In this document: positions 35,266 to 47,804 of the stretch, one piece after another
Layout: every line of letters begins with the position of its first letter
Numbering within the stretch: position 1 is the stretch's first letter
Source of the DNA: Craspedostauros australis
Lineage: Eukaryota
Length of the DNA stretch: 64,000 nt
Direction of reading: 5' to 3'
Assembly: GCA_030167865.1 (NCBI GenBank)
Contig: JALAGF010002968.1
Span: forward strand, 1-64,000
Translations under genes and position numbers: made by a program
The notes under the pieces: generated by a model
What the model was told of the DNA's origin: nothing
The model's input: the letters and a program-made list of their open reading frames with translations, nothing else
Databases searched by the model: none

Positions 35266-37609
35266 GTGTGTTGTCGGTGACAAGTTGTGGCTGGTGCCGG
35301 TTTTGCTGTTGTTCGCACAGTTTTTTTACCGTTGTGGTTGTCGTTGCCGCTGTGTTGTTTGTGCTGTTGCTTTTGTTGCTGTGTTGTCGTTGCTGATGAG
35401 GTCGGGGGAGAGGTCGACAATGGCGCTGCTCGCAACTCCGTGGCTGGGCTGTCGTGTTCCGTCGCCGATTTTACGATTGCGAACTTGAAGGCAGGAATGA
35501 AAAAGAGAGGTCTTGTTTCACTTCACGCTGTGCTCAGCTTCGCGCGCCCAGTTCCTGCGCGTGGTGGTTGCTGATGTTGATGATGATTTTGATGCTGTCG
35601 TGTTTGCCTTGACGAATGCGGGGGGCCTTCTGTGCTGTGCTGCGCTGCACCGTGCGTGGAGTTACAGATGGTTGTTCGTTCGTTCGTTCTTCCTCACACA
35701 CACACACGCACTTGCTCCTGGCTCTGCGTCTCTGTCTCTTGGTCTCCTCGCCGTTGACTCGCAAGGCAGATGTCAGGCAAGAGACGATGGCTTCGCTTCC
35801 GGACGACACCACCTCGATGGTTGCGGTATTGCCGTTGTCGCTGCGATCGTTGATGTGGATGTTGATGTTGATGGTCTGTGCGTATCGTATCCTCTGATGA
35901 GTACCGTATGTCGTGTTGTCCGTGGTGCAGGCACAGCGCTTGTCGTGTCGTGATCGTTCGCGTTCTCGATCTCCTGTGTGGTGATGATGGTGATGAGTGA
36001 GTATGTGTGGGATGAGTGTGTCGTGTGTGTGCTGTGACTGGGGTGGTCTGTTTTTGTCGCAGCGATCATCCACGGTGCTCTTGTTACGAGGCGAACACCG
36101 TCCGTTGGAGCAAATTCGGAAATTCAATTCAAATTGTTGTTTGCTTTTTGTCTTCCGCGCCGCGCCAAATCGGCCGACCGACTCTCTCCCAAGTTGACAC
36201 TGCCACTAACACCACCAACGATGACACACCTCCAATCACACAAAAACTCCGAAAATAGTCGTTGTGCACTCCGAACAGATCAGCAACTCCACGCGCCGTT
36301 TGGGATGCTCACAGATGTGGCACTTCTGTCTCCTCACAATCTGCTCGTATCTGTGTAGCTTCCGAGTTCTTTCTCTTGGTGTTGTTTCCTCCTCCACAGG
36401 CCTGATTCGTCTTGGTGCTTTGATTGTCTGCACGTCCACGTTGAGTATGTTTGTGTTTGCACCAACCTCCTTGTCGCCGTCGCCGTTGTTGTTGATCCCA
36501 AAGCGCCTTTGCGGAACGGGATGGATGACGATGACGCTGTTGTTGCTCTCTTGTTGTCTTTCTTGATCGCTTCTGGGGAGCGCGCTAAAATCGCCAGCTC
36601 TGCACTCCTTGTCATGTGTGGAATGTTGGCGTCAGCCATCCCCGCGTGCATGCACACGCTGCACGTGAATGTGGCGATACCAACATCTCCATGCGAAACC
36701 TTCATCGTGCTTCGTGATGGGCTTGCTCGCTTGTGACGGTTAACACTCTGGTGCTTGTTATTGCGCGCAGTCGCTCGTTGGTGCGCCCCCGTGCAGCGCA
36801 TAAAACTGTGTCCACGCAACCACGCTGCACAAATACGATTCAACCAAAGACAAAGCTGGACGGAGAAAATTGGTTTCAAATCCGCAGGGTCCACGTTTGC
36901 AACTCCACCATGTTGCACACGTTACCGTGCACAATTGACATGATTGTGGCGAAGAATATCGGTTTGGGAGACGTTATTTGTCCGGTCAATTCTGCGGTGC
37001 GCTTTGAGTTTGTTAAATGTGCAACAGAGCGCTCCACGCCAAAGCTGCGCGAGAAATAGTGCCATGGTTGTCACTCGTTGTCGGATCAATTTGTGTGGCC
37101 ACACACAAAGCACCAGTTCGTCACAATGCGTGGCTGGCTGTGGCTGTGCCTGTGGTTTGTTGATGCGTCCGTTGAGGTGTCAGGCAAATCACTCCTCGAT
37201 TCTCCAATTCTCCGCTGTCCAGTTCTTTTTGTGTGATGCGGCTGTCAACGTCTCCGCGTGTCACGTACAGAACGTCGAAGAAGACGAAGAAGACACACAG
37301 AGAGAAAAAATCCACTTCAACTCGGTCACGATGCAGTTGATCGAAGGAGTCATTGTGTCCACGAGCCCGGATCGGCACATCACCAAGAACAGAAAAGATA
37401 CCCAAAGCGCCCACAGCCAACCATGATGTCACAAGATGTGCCTCTCCCTCTCTCTCGGCCTGTCGGTTTGGATCCCTTCCAGAGAGCATCCAGATCATCA
37501 ACCCATCACCACCCCATCACTATTACTATCGCTACCGCTACCGCTACCGCTACTCTCCCATCGCTTTTTCACTGCTCCACCATACTGTTCGTGGATCCTG
37601 TGTGTGGTC

Positions 37610-39196
37610 ATGAAGTGTCGATTACTTCACATCGCCTGCCTCGTGCAAGGCATCTCGGCCAAGATTCAGAGGCGCGGCGACCTTGAATCTTCGGCATCAA
37701 CGTCATCCCTCGGCTACGCATCTGATTGGCCTCTTCCTTCGTCGGCATCACCGGCGTCACCGCAGTTGGTGTTGCTATCTGCAATGAACCCTCTGTTGGA
37801 CGCTCACAAATCCTGGAACACATTCCAGCAACGCCGATCACGCTTCGATGGGCGGTGCAGAACAACGTGGCAAGAAAATCCAACTACGACAACATTCTTA
37901 CGGTCGGCGGCGATCAAATCCAGAGATGGGAGCCATCTCGTCAGGAGCCATCTCGTCTGGAGCCATCCACGGATTCGGCAGGACGCACCCAGCTTCAGAG
38001 ATGCCGATACCGTCGTGCTGGATAGGAACCGCGCGATCACCGCCGTACGTGGTGGAGCCATCACGGAATCTGCGACAGCAACGACGGCAGCAACCGCCAA
38101 CACGAATGGCGTGTTAAGCGCCTTGCTCGCGATGATCCAGTTCATCGAATCGAGCGAGACCCGGTGTTGGATACTGTTGTTTGCTGCCATTCTTCTGGAG
38201 ACCTTTGGTGCAACACTGATGAAGCTGGGACGGGATCAAAACTCCTTGAAGATTCTGGCTCTCGCGCTCTCCGTTGAGTTGACCAGGTGAGTCTGTGCCA
38301 ACGATTGGCTCCTGTGTCTGAATCATGGCCGTGCTGTGATGGTGTTGATCAGTGTCAGAAACTTGATCTTTGTGTGAATGAATGAATGGACAGGCGCTCG
38401 CATGCTCTGTTGGGAATGTCGGAACACTGGTCCATACTTCGATGCGTTATTATTGTTTGGAGTGCCCTGTTCTTCTTTTCCGGCTGTGCACGAGAGTGTG
38501 GTGAAGGGCACAAGCCATCAATGCTCTCAAGGAGATGCTGCATCAAATCACTCAACCTGCCACTTCGCTTTGCTTGCCCATGCAGCGTATCTGGATTCGC
38601 AATCGCCTTGGAGAACATCGATGTCAGCGTGGCCTACGCGGTAAGTGAGAATCGCATGGCGTGTTGGTGCTTCTGTCATGTGCATCACACCCCTCCTTGT
38701 TGGCACGGACCCGCACATCGGTGGTATCATCCGTTCATGTGGTGCGACGGAGAGATTGCTTTGGAAGAGGCTCTCTCAACACAGACGTGTTGCACCCGTA
38801 ATTGTGCACTTCTGTGTTGGTCGATATGATGCTGCGCCATGAATGCTATTAAATGTTTGACCGACTGCTGGTCATCGGTGTACTGTAGCGAGTTGTCGGA
38901 TGCCACTCTCACCTGCTCTACTCTAACCTGTTTGTGATACTTCATGCCATACCATACCATACCATACCATACCATCCTGCCTACTCTACTCTACGCTACT
39001 CAACTCTCTCTATGCTCTGTCACACTGTGATCTCTTCCCCAATTCCGCCTTGCAGGTTTGGGCTGCGCTGGGCACGGCGATAGTATCCGCAGCGGGCATA
39101 TTGCTATTCAATGAGAGCTACGATGCCATCAAGTTGTGTTGCCTGGCAATGATCATCGTCGGTGTCGTTGGGTTGAATCTGCGAGACTCGCATTGA
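37610..39196 (+). CDS. Small multidrug resistance (SMR, EmrE/QacE-like) transporter with about 180-aa N-terminal extension (3 exons: 37610-38286, 38586-38640, 39056-39196; 290 aa)
   Basis: Introns 38287-38585 (GTGAGT..CAG, phase 2) and 38641-39055 (GTAAGT..CAG, phase 0) yield WILLFAAILLETFGATLMKL..SVSGFAIALENIDVSVAYAVWAALGTAIVSAAGILLFNE..IIVGVVGLNL, with E14, S43, Y60 and W63 equivalents. Start codon less certain. Confidence 0.88.
38947..38975. repeat. (CCATA)n pentamer repeat in SMR intron 2
   Basis: About six tandem units. Confidence 0.9.
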
Positions 39197-39562
39197 GATA
39201 GGTATTATACGTACGTACGAGTATGCAAACGCCACGGCATCAAATGGAAGCACAAGTCGTCAGGACGTCAGGAGTAACTATTGTGCTATCAGGAGTAATC
39301 GCACTGGTACAACTCCCTCTCTCTCTCTCTCTCTCTTTGCTCCAGCGCAGAGGATACTTCCTTCCAATCTCTGCACGAGTCTGTTATGGCAGCAACGATC
39401 CTTGTGTTCGTCGCCAATCTGATCCTCAACAGCCGCATTGCTCGATCCGCACAATACTGTTGCATGTTGTGGCCGTATGCGTTGTCCGCGATGATGCTGC
39501 CACTTGGATGCTCCACATTGCTGCTCCGCGCTGCTGCCAATTGACCGCAATGATGCCGCTCC

Positions 39563-41106
39563 CTATTTGTCCTGATCCGGAAGACACCAGATCTCTTGGT
39601 ACGTTCGGATGAGATCCGGCAACGCCATGCGGCGCGGCAGCTCAAAGGTCCGCGAATTGCTGGCCTTGGCCAAGCCCTTCGCCAGTTCGTGCTGCCGTGG
39701 CGGTTCCGGTTTCTGCGGGATGGTGTCAACCGTCTGCTTCTTCCATTCCATCCTTGCTTTCTCCCACGTTTCGAATCCGCAGTTGTGAAAGTGACGTCCA
39801 TCTGCCCGGTTCCGGATGAAGCCATCGTCCGACCATGAATTCTTGGTGGTTCCAACGACCATGAAGGAGCCTCGTTTTGCTTGCTCGTTGGTTTGGCCCG
39901 ACGCGGACTTCGCCTGGTCGTCGGCGTTGCTCCTATCCCCAGGTCTTCTCCACCATTCTTCTGAGGTTGGTGCTCCAGGTCGGATGTTCTCTGTTGTATA
40001 ATAGTATTTCGTATTGCATGATAGATGGCATTGCGTGCGAACGTACATGCGTATTCGTGCAATTGCGTGAGACGAATGAAATGAGACATGAATGGGGCAC
40101 TGCGGCATGATGTGGGATCCAATCCGATCATTGCAAGGAGTCTTGCGTACACACAAGCACACACACTCATGGCAATCACAAATGGAGTCTCTCCACCTCT
40201 GTCCGTAGGAAGCCGAAACCGTTCGGGCGGGAGCTGCACGATACAACCACCAAACAAAGTACGAGTCGACCAAGAGTGTGCACTGACTGGCAAGCGCGAA
40301 CAAGGACTCCATGAGGAAGCCAAGCGCGTGGACGGGCGGTGCTCGCATCGATTGGACTCACCGACCCTCCATGCCGCGGTGGAAGAAGTGTCCGAATAGA
40401 AGCTCTCCTCTTCCGTGTAGCTGGGTGTCTTGGAGGCGGACGACCTCCTCTTCTTGCTCTTGCATGTGAACAACGAACGGGGGCTGCGCCGTGATCCCTC
40501 CGGTGAAGACGATGAGGCAGTCGTCGAAGTGGAGTGCGCTGGTGATTTTGGCTGCGCACGTCGCCGACTTCCCGCTTTGGACATGATGTTCTGCATCCAC
40601 ATTACAAGCGTTGTGCCGAGCTTCTTCTTCGTCTTCTTCCTGCTATTGCTATCGCTGTTCTTGCTTGGTGCTCTGCCGCTTCTTCTGCGTTCTTGCTTGT
40701 GCTTGCACTGATTGGTGTTTGTGTTTGTGCTCGTATGGTTGCGTCTGGTGTTTCTCCTGGTGTTGTTCGTCTTCGTGGTTGCACGACTACGATTGCTTCG
40801 ATGACTATTTGTGTTTGGACGACTGATCGAGCGGCTGCTTGGGCAAGAACTTGCGCTCGTCAAACTACGGATGGATTTGTTCCTGGCTTTGCTGTGATCC
40901 TTGTTGCTGCTTCTGCTGCTGCTGCTGAGCTTGGTCCAACTCGACTTCGGTTGCTTTGTGGGATGTATCAGTCGGGAGGACCTCCTCGTGGTGTTGCCTT
41001 TGGTCCGTGCAGTGCGATGCGTCCTTTCCCTCTTGGTTGTTCCTGTTGCTGCGGAAGCCGTGATTGTTGGTGTCACTGGTCTTGCTCTTGTGTGGTCCAA
41101 GACCAT
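39563..41106 (-). CDS. DUF4050 (Gag1-like clamp) domain protein with basic disordered N-terminus (2 exons: 41106-40362, 39990-39563)
   Basis: C-terminal HNCGFETWEKARMEWK..FELPRRMALPDLIRTYQEIW is typical of DUF4050. The phase-1 intron 40361-39991 (GTGAGT..CAG) joins the two ORF frames. Start uncertain. Confidence 0.72.
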
Positions 41107-42730
41107 CGTCGGTCCCAATTCTTCGCTTGGTGGGCGTCTCTCTGCGATTGTCGGAACTTGTTGTTCTTGTTTCTTTCTTTCCTCTTTTGCCCTGTTGTCG
41201 TTGCTGGAGGCAGACAGAGACAGACACAACACGTAACGAAACGCAAGTGCGCGATTTCACGATTTGTGCCAACGAAAGCCACGCGTGTGTGTTCGGCCAA
41301 GCTCTTCGTGTCTCTGCTCGTGTCGTGGTGCCACGTGCGACCGTTTCAGTGTCGTTCAACCGAGTAACACATGTATCGCAACGGAAACCAAACATATGAG
41401 AGATGTTCAAACATTAATAGTCATATCAACGAGCGGGCGCGTTCAACAGTCATGTGTGTGCGCACGCCATCGCCGCATCTCCCACCTCATTGCACCGGTT
41501 TGCGGACTGACAAACTCGACAACGCTCCGCTCTCCTCCGGCTGTTTGTTTGGCGCCAACCTCCGTGTTACGATCTACCACACGATTGGGTAGCCTCAGAC
41601 ATGAAGGCTAGAGAGAGAAGAGTTGAACGGATCGGTGCATGGTGTAGTGTGTGACATGAGAAAGCAACCAGCAGAAGCATGTGCTGTACGAGCTAGCTCG
41701 TAGTGTGACAGGATCTGTGACGACCCTTGCTTTCCCCGTATGGTTCTCTCTAATAGTCGTAGTCGAGAGAGGATTGTCGTGGTGGTTAGAAAGCAATTTG
41801 CAGAAGATGGTCGCAAACTGGAGGCGAATCTATCCAAGACCAAGGATGCCATGCAGAAGGCAACTCACATCAAAGCTGACAGCGTCATGTTGCAGTACCA
41901 ATACATAATATAATAGTACACATACCAAGCCTGCCACAAAATCAAAGCGTTTGTTGGTTCCCAAAGTTACTGATTCGTATTGCTATGTTCGCTTGCTTCA
42001 TTTCTTCTGTTGTTTCGTCTTTCATTGTTTTGCGTCGTATTGTCTTTGTGCTACTCGTACGCGCTGTTGTCTGTATAGTATGTGTATGATATGTGTGCGT
42101 ACGTGTGCGTTGATGGGAGTGGATTGCACACAGAATGGTTGTGAAAAGTGGACGTCGGAACGCGATCTGCGTGAACAGATCCCGCGACGACGTTCCCGTC
42201 ATCGTCCGTTCTTTCCTGATTGCTGTGCCACCCCCTCCCTCCAACTTGTTCCTGTGATAGTGTTTGCGCTTATTTCCACTGTAGCTGCGATCGGAATGTA
42301 GAATACTGTATCGTCCAATTGCCAACACAGCATTCATCGAGTGGGGGACAATCCAAACAGTCAGCCACGCAGGCACAGAGAGAAATCGGGATGCAGAGAC
42401 AGCGCACATTGCTTGGTCCCACACCCACCTCTCGTTCCTGTTTGACTGACTGTGGACATTGTCCATCCAAACCCTTTTCCCTGGTTCCGGTGCAGCATTT
42501 GATATTTTCGCGCTTTGTCTCTTTGTCTTCATTCGTCATGTCCCAACCTCTTCTTCTCCTGGCACGCTGCTGGATGTTGTTTCCAGACCCCGCATGCGAG
42601 CCGAGGTTCTCCGTTTCTTGCCTAATCCCTTCGCCGTGCCGCAGCCGCTGCTGTTCCATGAAACCAATTCGTTGCGTTTGCGCGGAAAGGGGCTTTGTTC
42701 TGAGCGAGGAATGCCTCTTCTTGTGTCTGT

Positions 42731-44566
42731 CTAGAATGGCGAGTCAAAGTCGAAGTCGATCTCGCCATCCGTCCTGGTCCAGTTGAGGATGGTGCCGCCG
42801 CCCATCGGGTTGAAGGTGCCCTCTTCGGCGTCCTCCGGGATCGGGATCTCTTTGCTACCGGCCTGCATGTGGTTGTACTCGTTGAGCACGATCGTTGACG
42901 AACCGTCGAAGTGGATGACGATGGAGTAGTACTTGCCCTGCACGCGGTAGGCCAACGTCAAGGTTCCGAAGTTGGTGCCGAAGTCCTTACCGACGTTGAG
43001 GAAGAGAACCTTTTTGCGCAGGACGTGCGACTGGACCTTGGAGGTGACAGACATGGAAGGTCTGTAGAAGTTGGGGTTGCCGTACTGCACGGTGGCGATG
43101 ATGATTTCGAATGGGGAGAAGTTGAATCCCACGAGCAGACTCATGAGGGCCGGGCAGAGATCGACATAGTCCAGCATGATGATGTTCCATGGCTCATCGG
43201 CATTCTTCTGGAAGTACGTGTGCAGCACCGGCGTCGCGAACTTTTGCGGTGGGTTGTACATTTTGCTGACGAGGCGGGCTGGCTGCAGCGACCCCAGGCC
43301 AAGGATGAGGTTGGCGGCATCCCGAACGCCAGCGCCTGGTGTGAGGCACATCTGGTTGTTCAAAAATTTCCCCTTATTGCCTTCGGCCTTGACCTCTTCC
43401 AGGTTCCATTCCAACAGCTGGTCGACCTGGCGGGTGTTGCTGTGTGGTCATTTGTTGGTCATTTGTTGGTCATGTCGTGTGATTTCGATAGTGGAATGAA
43501 TCGAAACGCGGCGTGGTGCACAATCGTGAGCATAGCATCATGGAAGGAAGATGGAGAAAGCGGTCGGTAATGTGCAAGAGGGTCGATGATGCATTTCGTG
43601 CAGCGAAGACAGAGAGGAATGAATGGGTCAGTTGTGCGTTGTGATGAATTAAATGTTGTTGGTCGTGCGAAGAAGCACAAGGAGACATCGGTATTACTCA
43701 TGCTATGAGCATTACTTGGATGCCCTCTTGACGATACGCGCATCGGCACCGAGAAAAACATGCACGACGGAGGTGGATGTCTTTTGCGCACGCAATACCA
43801 AACTCGTCTTCATCGTATGTACCATACTCGTATAGAGTACAGTACAGTACAGTGGAGATGATACTTACTGCCACTTGCTGCGCATCCACTTGCTGCTGTT
43901 GAAGAAGCCGTACTTCTCGACGATCTGCTTTTCGTCGTAGACGACGCCGTCGACCTCGAAGTCCTCGTACATGCGGTTGTGCACCATCATGCAAACCTGC
44001 TTGCCGGAGTCGGTGAGCTCCTTGATCGGCGTGGTGAGGATCTTGTCGATGTCATTCTCGATGAATATCTTGTCGCCCAGCGTCTCCTTGACGAGATCCA
44101 GGCACTTGACCTTCTGCGCGGGGGTGAAGTCACGGCCGTACTCGGCGGCCAGCTCGACGATGACGAACTCGTTGGGGAAGTCCTGGCAGAAGCTGTGGAT
44201 GTCGGCCAGGATGGTCTCCAGCTTGGCGCCCTGCAGGCATCCGTGCCAGATGGTGATGGAGTCCTTGCCGGCTCCGGCGACGCGCAGGTCGAGGTATCGG
44301 GCGCCGCGATGCATCTGCTCCAGGACGGAGACGTTCTGGGTGCGGCCGACGGCGGCGAATGGCTTGTATCCCTTGATGGAGAACGAGCCGGAGTCATGCG
44401 TTCCCGGGATGATGAGCTGGGACAGGTTCGTGTCGGGGCAGCTCTGGATCAGGTTGCCCATCCAGTCGGGGTAGAGACCGATGGGGAAGTCGATGCCAGG
44501 CACCGTCGGCACGCAGCATGCGAATTGGCAGCAGTTGATTCCCACGGATGTGCTGGGGCAGGTCAT
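42731..44566 (-). CDS. PI-PLC X-domain-containing protein, PLCXD/bacterial-like PI-PLC (2 exons: 44566-43869, 43439-42731; about 468 aa)
   Basis: Motifs DWM..L..L.IPGTHDSG, TQNVSVLEQMHRGARYLDLRV, IWHG and NIIMLDYV. The phase-2 intron 43868-43440 (GTAAGT..CAG) gives KWHNTRQVDQL. Alternative ATG at 44605. Confidence 0.9.
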
Positions 44567-46103
44567 GGCCGATTCCAACCTTCGGCGCCAGAAACGAGAA
44601 GTCATCTTCAAAGATCTGCTGTTTGTTGCGTCTTGCGCTTCTGCTCGTCTGTGTCTTATGTCGTCTCAACGTCTCCGTGCCGTTGATTGTGTGTTGATTG
44701 TGTGTTGTTGTTGGGATTGGATCTAGAACTTGGTGAAGTGTTGGCCTGGTGGGAGGATTGTGTTGTTGCGATGACGGTTGGTGTTGTTGGTTGTGGTGCC
44801 AATACGAACTATTGGTGGTGGTAATGGCAGCGGCAGAGGGCGTATGCGTGCCCGTAAGTAATCTATCGGTATTATGAATGCTGGCACAACATCCTGTGGT
44901 GACCCGCACACTTTCTGAGGCGCTCTTGCGTTTTTCGCTTCCATTGGCGCAAAGTTGGCCGCCTTCTCGTTTGGCGCAGTTGGATTTTTGGATCATGGCG
45001 CGAGCACTCGTACGAGTGCGTGTACGGGCGCTCTGCACACAAAAAGTACCTGTATCTGCGGCAACAGGTCGTGCGATAATCACAAACGCTGGTACCGACA
45101 TGAGGTGCTGGGGAATAGTGCGGTGAACATGGTACCACACAGTGCCGAAGGATACATACTTGCGACTAGTAGAACTTCTGCGTTCGCTTCCAGGATCGCG
45201 TGGTGGAAGCGCACAATCAGAAACACCACAACCTCCGTTAAGTACATACAGACGGTTTCATAAAGAGCTGGTATGCACTGGGACAGTCGCTGCGACAGAC
45301 CCGATTTTCCGTCAATTCGGTTCATTGGAGCCGATTTATCATTGTATCTACCGAGCGTTCGGCAGCGATAAAACAAAGAAACCATGCGGTCATCCAAGCC
45401 ACAATGCCCGAGCACAAAAGAGAAACCAGAATGAGGCGAAGGATTGGCGTGTCCACAATTTGACCAACACAACACCAACAGGCATCAGCCCATCTGCCAC
45501 CTATTGAAACAACAGCCGTCATCACACGGCACCATCTCAGTATAGCAGAGCGCGGTACTAGTAGCCGCAGCTACGAGCTATGCATCGGCAGATGTGGTGT
45601 GTCGTCCCGTAATTGTTTGCGATGTCAATGCAATTGGAGATGAATCCAGCCGAGCATTCAATCATGTGCCAACTCTGCCCCAGCCAAATCTGTATTGCTT
45701 GGCTTTCGAGCGTCTGTAACGAGCTGGGGTAAGTCACACGCCACCTTCATTGCGTTAGACTGGCATGCTCCAAAGACGTATTATATTACAGTACTCTTAG
45801 CTCGCAGCTGTGGTGCTCGTACAATAATGGAGTACATGTATTACGCCAGGGTCCCGGCGTTAGTTTCATCCTATTATATCTCATTTTACTTGTTGCAATC
45901 GCAAGTGCTTGCGCGCAGTATGGGACAGGACAGGATACGACAAGGCAGAGACGCACAAATGCAGATGAGCCTTGGGACCCATTTGCGGGCGCTCTGTGGT
46001 CGCAACTCGCATGCTGCTCCGATGCACATTCGGCAATGTGCATTCATTCAATTCGTCGTTTCATCTGTTTGTCTGTCTTTTTTTGTCCACGCGTCTCTTG
46101 TGA

Positions 46104-47804
46104 TCAGGCAGTCGCATCGCCATTGCCATTGCCATCAACGAGTCGCGACGAGAGGTTATTGAAGCTATCCGTCTCGGCATCCGTGTCATACTCGGCGTCC
46201 TCGTCCATGTGCTGCAAGCTGATGGTGCCGGAATCCGTCGCCTGCGAGATGACGCGCTCCACACCGTGGCGCAATCGCCGGATGTCCTGGATGGTCTCCG
46301 ACGGCAGCGTGCTGCTCCAGAAGGCGTCTCGGAAGTTCAAAGGTTGGCTGAGCACGGTGGGAGGCCGGTACGATGCGGACCGTTCCGACTCCGTGACGCC
46401 GCCGAGGTTCTCCGTTCCCATCAAGTTGTTCATGGTGTTTTGCTGCTCCCGTTCGGCGTTTTCCATGGCCTCGCGCACCGTGCTGGGCAAGTACTCAGTG
46501 TAGGTGAATGTGTAGGAGTGAGCGATGGCGAAGAAGACCATCTCTATGCAAACGCAGTAGTCGATGAGCCCGTTGGCGACCTCCTCGCCGGTCCATTTTC
46601 CAATGTTGTCGATGACCCCGTGCGACTGCAAGTAGAAGATGACCACGCCCTGCCACCAGGTGAAGAAGACGACGCCCTTGACGCAGAGGAACTTGCCTAG
46701 CGGATGCCAGTTGATGGGGTACCGCAGGTCGTGGCTGACGACGTGGAAGAGCAAGACGAGGCAGTAGAGGGAGTACATGACGCTGATGTTGATGACGAAG
46801 GCCATGTAGGGATACGCTGCATCCCAACGGAAGTCTCCCTCGTTGTAAACGTCGATGCTTTGGAAGCCGAAGATGAAGATGGTGGCGACCGCCTTGACCA
46901 CGACGTACTGCAGCACGCCGTGCTTGGTTTGCACCATGAACTCCATCCCCAGCTTCCATGGTTGCAGGACGAAGTTGAGCGGGAAGGTGTGGTGCGCCGC
47001 GCGGCCCGCCTGGTTGGGGCTCTGCGCCGCCTTCATTCGGAGGGTGCGCACCAAAGCCTCCTGCCCTCCCAGAAGCTCAATGAGATAGTAAAAGAAGCTG
47101 GAGATGACGTAGGCCTCGTAGAGATCCCGGATGGTGTCGATGTAGATTCTGGCGCCTCGGAAACGAAGGCTGAGCCAGCTCTGGACGGCGTAGAGCGGGA
47201 CCATCCAGAGGATGCGAATGACGTACTTTTGCACGTTGGGCATGTACCAATGCGTGAAGTGCAGGTAGACGAGACGGATGGAGAGGATGAGCGTCCCCAG
47301 CACCATGACGCCGGCCGACTGGAAGGCCGCGAAGTCGAGCTTGCGATGCACCAGCTGCTTGTACGTGACGATGGGGATGATGACGAGCATCGCGAGCAGC
47401 GTGAAGGTCGCCACGAAGTTGCCGATCTTGCGCAGCACGAGTCGCACGCTGCTGTGCTCGCGACCTGCCGCGGTGATGAATTGGGATGCCGTCATCCCCG
47501 GCGCATCGCCATCGTCGCCGTTGTTCAGATTCGCGCCGCCTCGCTGCAGCAACGACGATGCCAATTCGTCAGCATCCTCGTTGCTGTTGTTGCCGAGGCC
47601 TGATTGTGGCGTCACAGAATTAGCAGCGTTGGTGGCGGAATGGAACCCCGATCCGCTCATCGACGACGACTGCTGCTGCGACAGGGCGGCTTTCTGCAGG
47701 TCCCTCTCCGCGTATTCCTTGACGAAGACGAGCTCCTCCAGCGGCTCCTCCGGGTTGGGATTGTCCCGTCCATCTCCACCGTCACTTCCTCCGGTGGACG
47801 TCAT
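46104..47804 (-). CDS. TMEM184/OST-alpha family (Solute_trans_a) membrane protein (566 aa)
   Basis: Motifs QKYVIRILWMVPLYAVQSWLSL, IRDLYEAYVI..F, KHGVLQYVVVK, PLGKFLCVKGVVFFTWWQ and CVCIEMVFFAIAHSYTF. Confidence 0.93.
   Translation of the reverse strand: MTSTGGSDGGDGRDNPNPEEPLEELVFVKEYAERDLQKAALSQQQSSSMSGSGFHSATNAANSVTPQSGLGNNSNEDADELASSLLQRGGANLNNGDDGDAPGMTASQFITAAGREHSSVRLVLRKIGNFVATFTLLAMLVIIPIVTYKQLVHRKLDFAAFQSAGVMVLGTLILSIRLVYLHFTHWYMPNVQKYVIRILWMVPLYAVQSWLSLRFRGARIYIDTIRDLYEAYVISSFFYYLIELLGGQEALVRTLRMKAAQSPNQAGRAAHHTFPLNFVLQPWKLGMEFMVQTKHGVLQYVVVKAVATIFIFGFQSIDVYNEGDFRWDAAYPYMAFVINISVMYSLYCLVLLFHVVSHDLRYPINWHPLGKFLCVKGVVFFTWWQGVVIFYLQSHGVIDNIGKWTGEEVANGLIDYCVCIEMVFFAIAHSYTFTYTEYLPSTVREAMENAEREQQNTMNNLMGTENLGGVTESERSASYRPPTVLSQPLNFRDAFWSSTLPSETIQDIRRLRHGVERVISQATDSGTISLQHMDEDAEYDTDAETDSFNNLSSRLVDGNGNGDATA

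Noticed and set aside
39289-41232. 647-aa ORF on the minus strand
   Set aside because: It reads through the 40361-39991 intron and continues out of frame. The conserved DUF4050 C-terminus lies in the 39563-40348 frame.
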